A DNA stretch of 62,183 nt, filler included, from Sphacelaria rigidula (taxonomy: Eukaryota), in assembly GCA_964200075.2 (NCBI GenBank). It is 3 parts of 3 records of this genome, joined end to end, with 100 filler letters (N's around TTAATTAATTAA, not from the genome) between each part and the next. Parts side by side here need not be neighbours in the genome. Positions count along the whole stretch, not along the records: positions 41,530 to 62,183 come from CAXNAA020000505.1; 2 more parts are not named here. One strand, given 5' to 3'. The notes below the pieces were generated by a model, which had not been told where the DNA came from, ran no database searches, and saw only the letters and a program-made list of their open reading frames with translations. The stretch's first letter is position 1, and each line of letters opens with the position of its first letter. Below, piece by piece: positions 57,101 to 62,183 of the stretch. Position numbers and translations under genes: made by a program.

Positions 57101-57600
57101 ATGGCCACCCATGAAAGCGCCAACTCACCGAAAAACCTCTTTTGTGCGTGAGACATCCACTGCAACGGCCCGTATCCCAAATCTGCCCAGTGTTGCCATT
57201 TCGCAGACAGCCTAAACTTCGATCTCTCTACACACTGCATACCCGCAGTCTCCCGAACGTCTTCAGCAGCTGTCACAACCTCCCCCTGAGTACCACTCGA
57301 CTGAATGTTGCCACATTTGAGCTTTGCTCCAGCTTTGGCGTAGCCCCTTCGCTTGATACTGGAAGGACGAAAAATGGACAAGCACAGACTTTCGCCATCG
57401 TCGGATTTGACAATTGCGAGCCATCTCTCTCCACGTCGGGTCACCACGGATGTTGCTGTGGTGGGAGCAATCGCGGTACTTCCGGAATGTGGAACTTCGA
57501 CTCTCTCGCCCGACGGAAGCGACTTGCCCGCTCTGAAGAGTACTCGGCAAGAGCAAAGTCCTGCACTGGTGCTGGACAAGGGACAGCGTGCTGTTTGTGT
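51126..57600 (-). CDS. Large multi-exon protein with C-terminal ZZ-type zinc finger; N-terminal part unassigned
   Basis: Well supported: 51934-52128 (...YQCDVCGRVMPCDTERYHCEICEDYDL|gtaagt) joined in phase 0 to 51126-51269 (cag|CQGCFLAH...HAESHEV...TAA). Probable upstream exons lie in the long minus ORFs ~52948-53800, ~55150-55510, ~55960-56233 and ~56538-57600. Further candidate exons up to ~60250 are unresolved. Confidence 0.65.
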
Positions 57601-60600
57601 ACCGGCGATCTGATCACGCCCGTTGCGAAGGCTCTTAGGTATATTATGCTGGGCAGCGTCCTGTTGGTTGAAGACTGCATGGGTGTCTCCCTCGAGAGGC
57701 ATCTGATTTGGCAGCCAGGATGTCGAATGAGTAAGAGACAACGCTGTTCGTATGTTGTGCGGCATGTAATTTAAGATATGCCAGGGTGCTGAGCTGCAAG
57801 TCACCTATAGTAACACTTGCGGTAGAATACGTAGCTGACTGTAGCGTGTGTTGATTTTCTGACTGCTGTCGTTCTGAACCCGGGAAAACGAGTCAAGGCA
57901 AAAACGACGACCCAAGAAACATGCAATTGGTCGTATTCTAGACCTAGTGCGTTGGAGCGAAAAGTTCCCTACATTCCGGGCGGGCACGCACTCACAGGAA
58001 TGAAGCATCGGGGTCTCAGCAACTGCGATTCGATTACGATCGTCGGGCTACCATCTGCTGCACGCACACACGATGTCAGCTGTCGCGCCAGTTTAGTCTT
58101 GCGTGTGCGATTTAGCCAGTGAAGGGCGGGAAATCCAAGTGGTGCCCAATCCTGCCGCACATCAAACGCCGCAACGATCCGGATGACAGAATTTAAACAG
58201 AATAATATTATTTTTTGTCGCCCAAAAGTGCACGAAATGCCAACTATTATTTCTTAGACTACAGTATATCATCAGAACTAAGGCGAAACGGAGTATAGCA
58301 CGCCTTGACCAAGGACATGATGGTATGCCTCACGGGGTCATTGCCTCCCACCACAGCGGTGTTCTTCAACGCCAACAGCTCGTGGTCATGCTTCATCGAT
58401 ACTCCTGCTGTGTGTCATCGAGTTGGAACCAAATACACCCACCTTGTTCTTGTTGTGGTATCATCATCACTGTCCTCACTATTACATCATCTTCAATATC
58501 AACATCACTCTTGGTCAAATATTTTCGCGCTGAGATGAACGCAATTGAAAAGGCATCATGCATCGCTTTTTGCGGCCTGGTATCTGACGGTGGTACATGG
58601 GTATTTCTGTAGCGACGGGGTGATTTACCGCAGCTTGATATCTGAATGGTGTTGTTCTTTCACTCCTGCTATTTTCGTCAAGAGGTCTTGAAAGGGTTTG
58701 AAGCTCCGGTCCTGAAGCTCCGTTTATGCATGGTGTTATTGGGTCGCATATGCCTCGGGAAATTCTTCTTGACATTCCCTTACTTGCATCACACTGCAGC
58801 GTGTCATCTTTGTCGGCAAGAGACGACACTACGCTCCGACGGAAGGTTGGCTTCCACAGAGGCGGGTTTCATGAGCTAGCTACCGAGTCAAAATTCTTGG
58901 ATACACTCTTTTTTTGCGTGGACACATTTTATGGAGCACACGCAGAGTTTGCTTTTTTTAGAAAATAGTGGTATCGTGGGGACCAAACTCAGCTAGCAAG
59001 CTGCGTGGTTAGGGTGAAAAACCGCCCATACAAGTTGTGTGGGGGGCGCGGGGTTGAGAAGCCCAAGAGATATGAGGAGCAAGCTTTCCGCCAATCCAAA
59101 CACGGTAAAAGCAGTGCCATAGTTCTACTCCAATGCGCCAGGTTTTACAACGTACCATGTAATTGGTTGAGTGACCCGCGATGCATCTAGCCGTGGTGGC
59201 AGCAAATATATTCGGGTGATCTTACTGCCATTTCGACACTCGGCGGTTTTTCAGCTGACCTTGGAAGTCACGAAGATATCGTACACGCGTTCGGGCATCG
59301 GCAGCAGCGTCTGTATTCTCAACAAGAGCCCGTCGGTGACCGTTCTGTGCACCGCTATCTACGAAGAGCACATAGACAAAAGTGGCAAAATTTAGGAAGC
59401 AAGCAACTTTAGCACCTGTGAAACAATGAACACGGATAGAGGTCGTACGATAGATCCAAGGTACGACCAGAAATGCGCTCCATGTGCTGTGACGTTACCT
59501 ATTTTTATAAGAATGCAGTCGCACGTTGTGTAAATCCGGGACGATCAAGCTGCTAGTTTGTATTGCACGTTTTCGCGCCGCCTTGTTTTCACGACCTTAA
59601 CGTCAGGTTACTCTCGTGCTGTAAGCGTTAGTGGCAGCAGAATTTACTGTACCGTCATCACGCGAATCCAAAGTGCTGGGAATGCAGCTGGACGTAGCAG
59701 AACAAACAGAATACTCCGCAGTGTTGCCTTGTCGTCGTCATGCTTCAGTCGGCCTGTGTCCTTAGACCGATGAGTTTTCGAGCATCAACATATAGGACGC
59801 CCTTATTATCTTTTCATCTGGATACGTTAATGCGCGTGCTACAGTCATTATCTCCTCAATTACAACAGCATTACGGTCATTCCCGGAAATATTTTCCACA
59901 AACGTGAGTTTGTCATAATCTCGATGTGTTGGCGAAAAATTGGAATTGGTCTTTCCAGTTCTCGAGATACATACATAAAAAAAACACCGCCAACATACAG
60001 TACAACCTTGTTGAGCCACCGCACTACCCCACCTCCACAGGCACCCCTTCCAAGCCGCGGTCTTCGATATACAGCACCGCAGTGCTGCAAGTGCTTTCGT
60101 CATAGTTTTTGCTTCTGGAAGGGATCTCGGGCACATTCAGCTCATCTTCCTCGTCGCTACCACCTGGGCCCGTTTCCATGGACATGACCCCGTCAGCGAG
60201 CCTGAAGACAGAGGTGGGAGTCCCATCTCCGGAGTGAGTTGGTCGCCCTGAAAAACTGCAGAAAAAAAGCTTCAAGACCCGAACTGGTGGCTTTTCATCT
60301 AGCCGGACGTGAATAAAATACAGCGATATATTTAGCTTTTCTCATGGTCATCACAGCAACGCAATCCCTGCCTCAACCGTGCTGCCGTCCGCTTGCCTTC
60401 CCTGCCACCCCACCGGCCATGCTCGGAGGTTTTGCTCGCTTCAGACCAACCTCATTATCCCAATCTCACCCTGGTAGAAGGGAGGATAGGTTCGTTACTA
60501 CTACCCGTACAGTTGCGCTACAAAGAGGACTGAACTTCGTTTTTTGTAAACATACGAAAAACGCACAATTTTCCCGCAAGTGATAGGAACTCTATTACCC

Positions 60601-61117
60601 TTTTACCCTTTTAAAAACAGGAACACGAAAATTCTCGTGCTGCTGATCTCACACCGAGAAGTAAGTGCGATGAAGGGCAGTTGTGGAGGTCGAGCTTTAT
60701 TCTTCTAGCCGTACCGCCACTTGATTGAAATCCTGGACACAGGTGCTGCAAAGATACGCGTTCTTTAAGCTGCACACAGGGATCACTGCTCTCTTCCCTG
60801 GTTTCATCACCTGAGTCGGCGCTGCAGTTTGGTAATCAGCTGGACCTTCTCTATTCCGGACAGCACCGTGAGACCAGATCCCCGCATACCGATGGCGGCG
60901 AGAGCCTCCAGTGCCGGAAGTGACAGCTCCAGGACGAAGTCTCCCTGGCGAAAAGAGGCAAGCGGCAAGGTGTGCATCTATGTCTACTCTGCAGGTGAAC
61001 AGTGCATTTCCCCTAGGAAGCCGCAAAAGCCTGAGAAGTCAAATGGAGGTTATTGCCGAGCGGCGTTCACCGAGGGAAGCGTATCGTACCTCGTAGACCG
61101 CGCGATACTACTCCGGT

Positions 61118-61168
61118 CCTTTCCTTTCCTTTCCTTTCCTGCCCTTCCCTGCCCTTTCCTTTCCTTCT
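61118..61168. repeat. (CCTTT)n/(CCCTG) simple repeat
   Basis: cctttcctttcctttcctttcctgcccttccctgccctttcc. Confidence 0.85.
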
Positions 61169-61304
61169 TGTTTATCTAACATCTTTGTTTAGTGCACTCC
61201 GTTGGTTGTTTACCTTTCCTTCATTTTTTTCCTTCCTTGGATTTGCTTCTTTGAGTGTTTCTCTTTCGTTTACCATGGATGCTCCCGTCTTGCGACCGCC
61301 TCTA

Positions 61305-61385
61305 CATCCCTCGGGGGAACAGTTGAAGTGCGACAACCAATCAATCAGTCAGTCAGCCAACCCAACCAGTCAATCAACTGCAGCG
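61305..61385 (+). repeat. Dispersed repeat end with (TCAA/TCAG)n tail
   Basis: ggggaacagttgaagtgcgacaaccaatcaatcag; the reverse complement occurs at ~51475-51545 and similar pieces at ~52245-52320 and ~20000-20070. Confidence 0.6.
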
Positions 61386-61809
61386 AAAGCGTGTGTTCGG
61401 TAGGAGGCAACGCGACACTGCTACAGGACGGGCATGCATGCCTCCACAAAGCTATGAGATAGAACAAGTGTGCCTCTCCGCGTTTATCCACCTTGTTTTG
61501 CCGGACTTTGACCAGCAGACGGTCTCCAAGAGCCCAAAGAGACAGCGATGTGTTTTCGTCGACGACCTGGGTCCACCATGCAGCGAGCGGAGGAAATCTG
61601 ATCAAGAGTTATCTGGGACCGGCAATTCGTGTTTGTACCCTTGATGCAAAGACGTTCGGATGCAATCAACACTACTCATTTCGATGGGAGGATGTGCGCA
61701 CCAACTGGAGGCAAACCTCAGGTTCCGGTACACACCTAGGCGAGGGTCATAATGTAAGCAAAATGGGGCCCGGCACTACCCTCCCCAAGCTCGCAGTAGG
61801 AGAGACCGA

Positions 61810-61886
61810 GGGGGAGAAGGTACTCTTTTGTTGCTTACCTTAGTCGTTTGACAATTGACCACGCACCCCTTTCGAGGCAGAGCATC
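61810..61886 (+). repeat. GTACTCATTTGTTGC dispersed repeat copy
   Basis: gtactcttttgttgcttaccttagtcgtttgacaattgaccacgcaccctttcgag. Confidence 0.8.
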
Positions 61887-62183
61887 GTTCCTACTCCTAA
61901 TAGGATCACCCCCAACACCTGGGTGCTCAGTACGCTTCTTCCATACGTTTAATGAGAACCTTGTCTTATTTTATCCCCTTCCCGTTTCGCCGTCTGTCGC
62001 CACCTTCTATCTCCAAGAACAGGGATCGTTTTATCGCCCTCGTGTAGTGCACCATTCATTTTCATGTCACGTTCGTTTAGTTTGCTCATTTCCCACTGTA
62101 TCAGCTGTACTACTACTGTACTACTACTGTGCGGGGGGGGGGGGGGGGGGTTCTTTTTTTTTTCTTTTGTTTTTGTTTTTGGT

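Overview
Intron-rich eukaryotic genomic DNA, most like a brown alga/stramenopile (short GT-AG exons, 0.3-5 kb introns, many SINEs and MITEs, a flagellar gene); the taxon is an inference. Two artificial N-TTAATTAATTAA-N linkers split the window into three contigs that need not be neighbours. Contig 1 (1-20668): 18 exons (5' end missing) of the axonemal inner-arm dynein intermediate chain WDR63/DNAI3 (IC140) on the minus strand. Contig 2 (20769-41429): a minus-strand gene built from a tandem array of 14 six-cysteine modules, one per exon. Twelve of these are exactly 105-nt phase 1-1 exons that alternate strictly between two types (A/B) and show signs of exon-limited sequence exchange. This is the best candidate for an undescribed system. 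Upstream of it lies a cluster of ~200-bp TGTA...TACA MITEs carrying telomere-like TTAGGG repeats. Contig 3 (41530-end): the first two exons of a galactokinase (minus), head-to-head with a complete 3-exon ALG13 (plus), then a large, poorly resolved minus-strand gene ending in a ZZ-type zinc finger. All coordinates were read by hand and no database searches were run.
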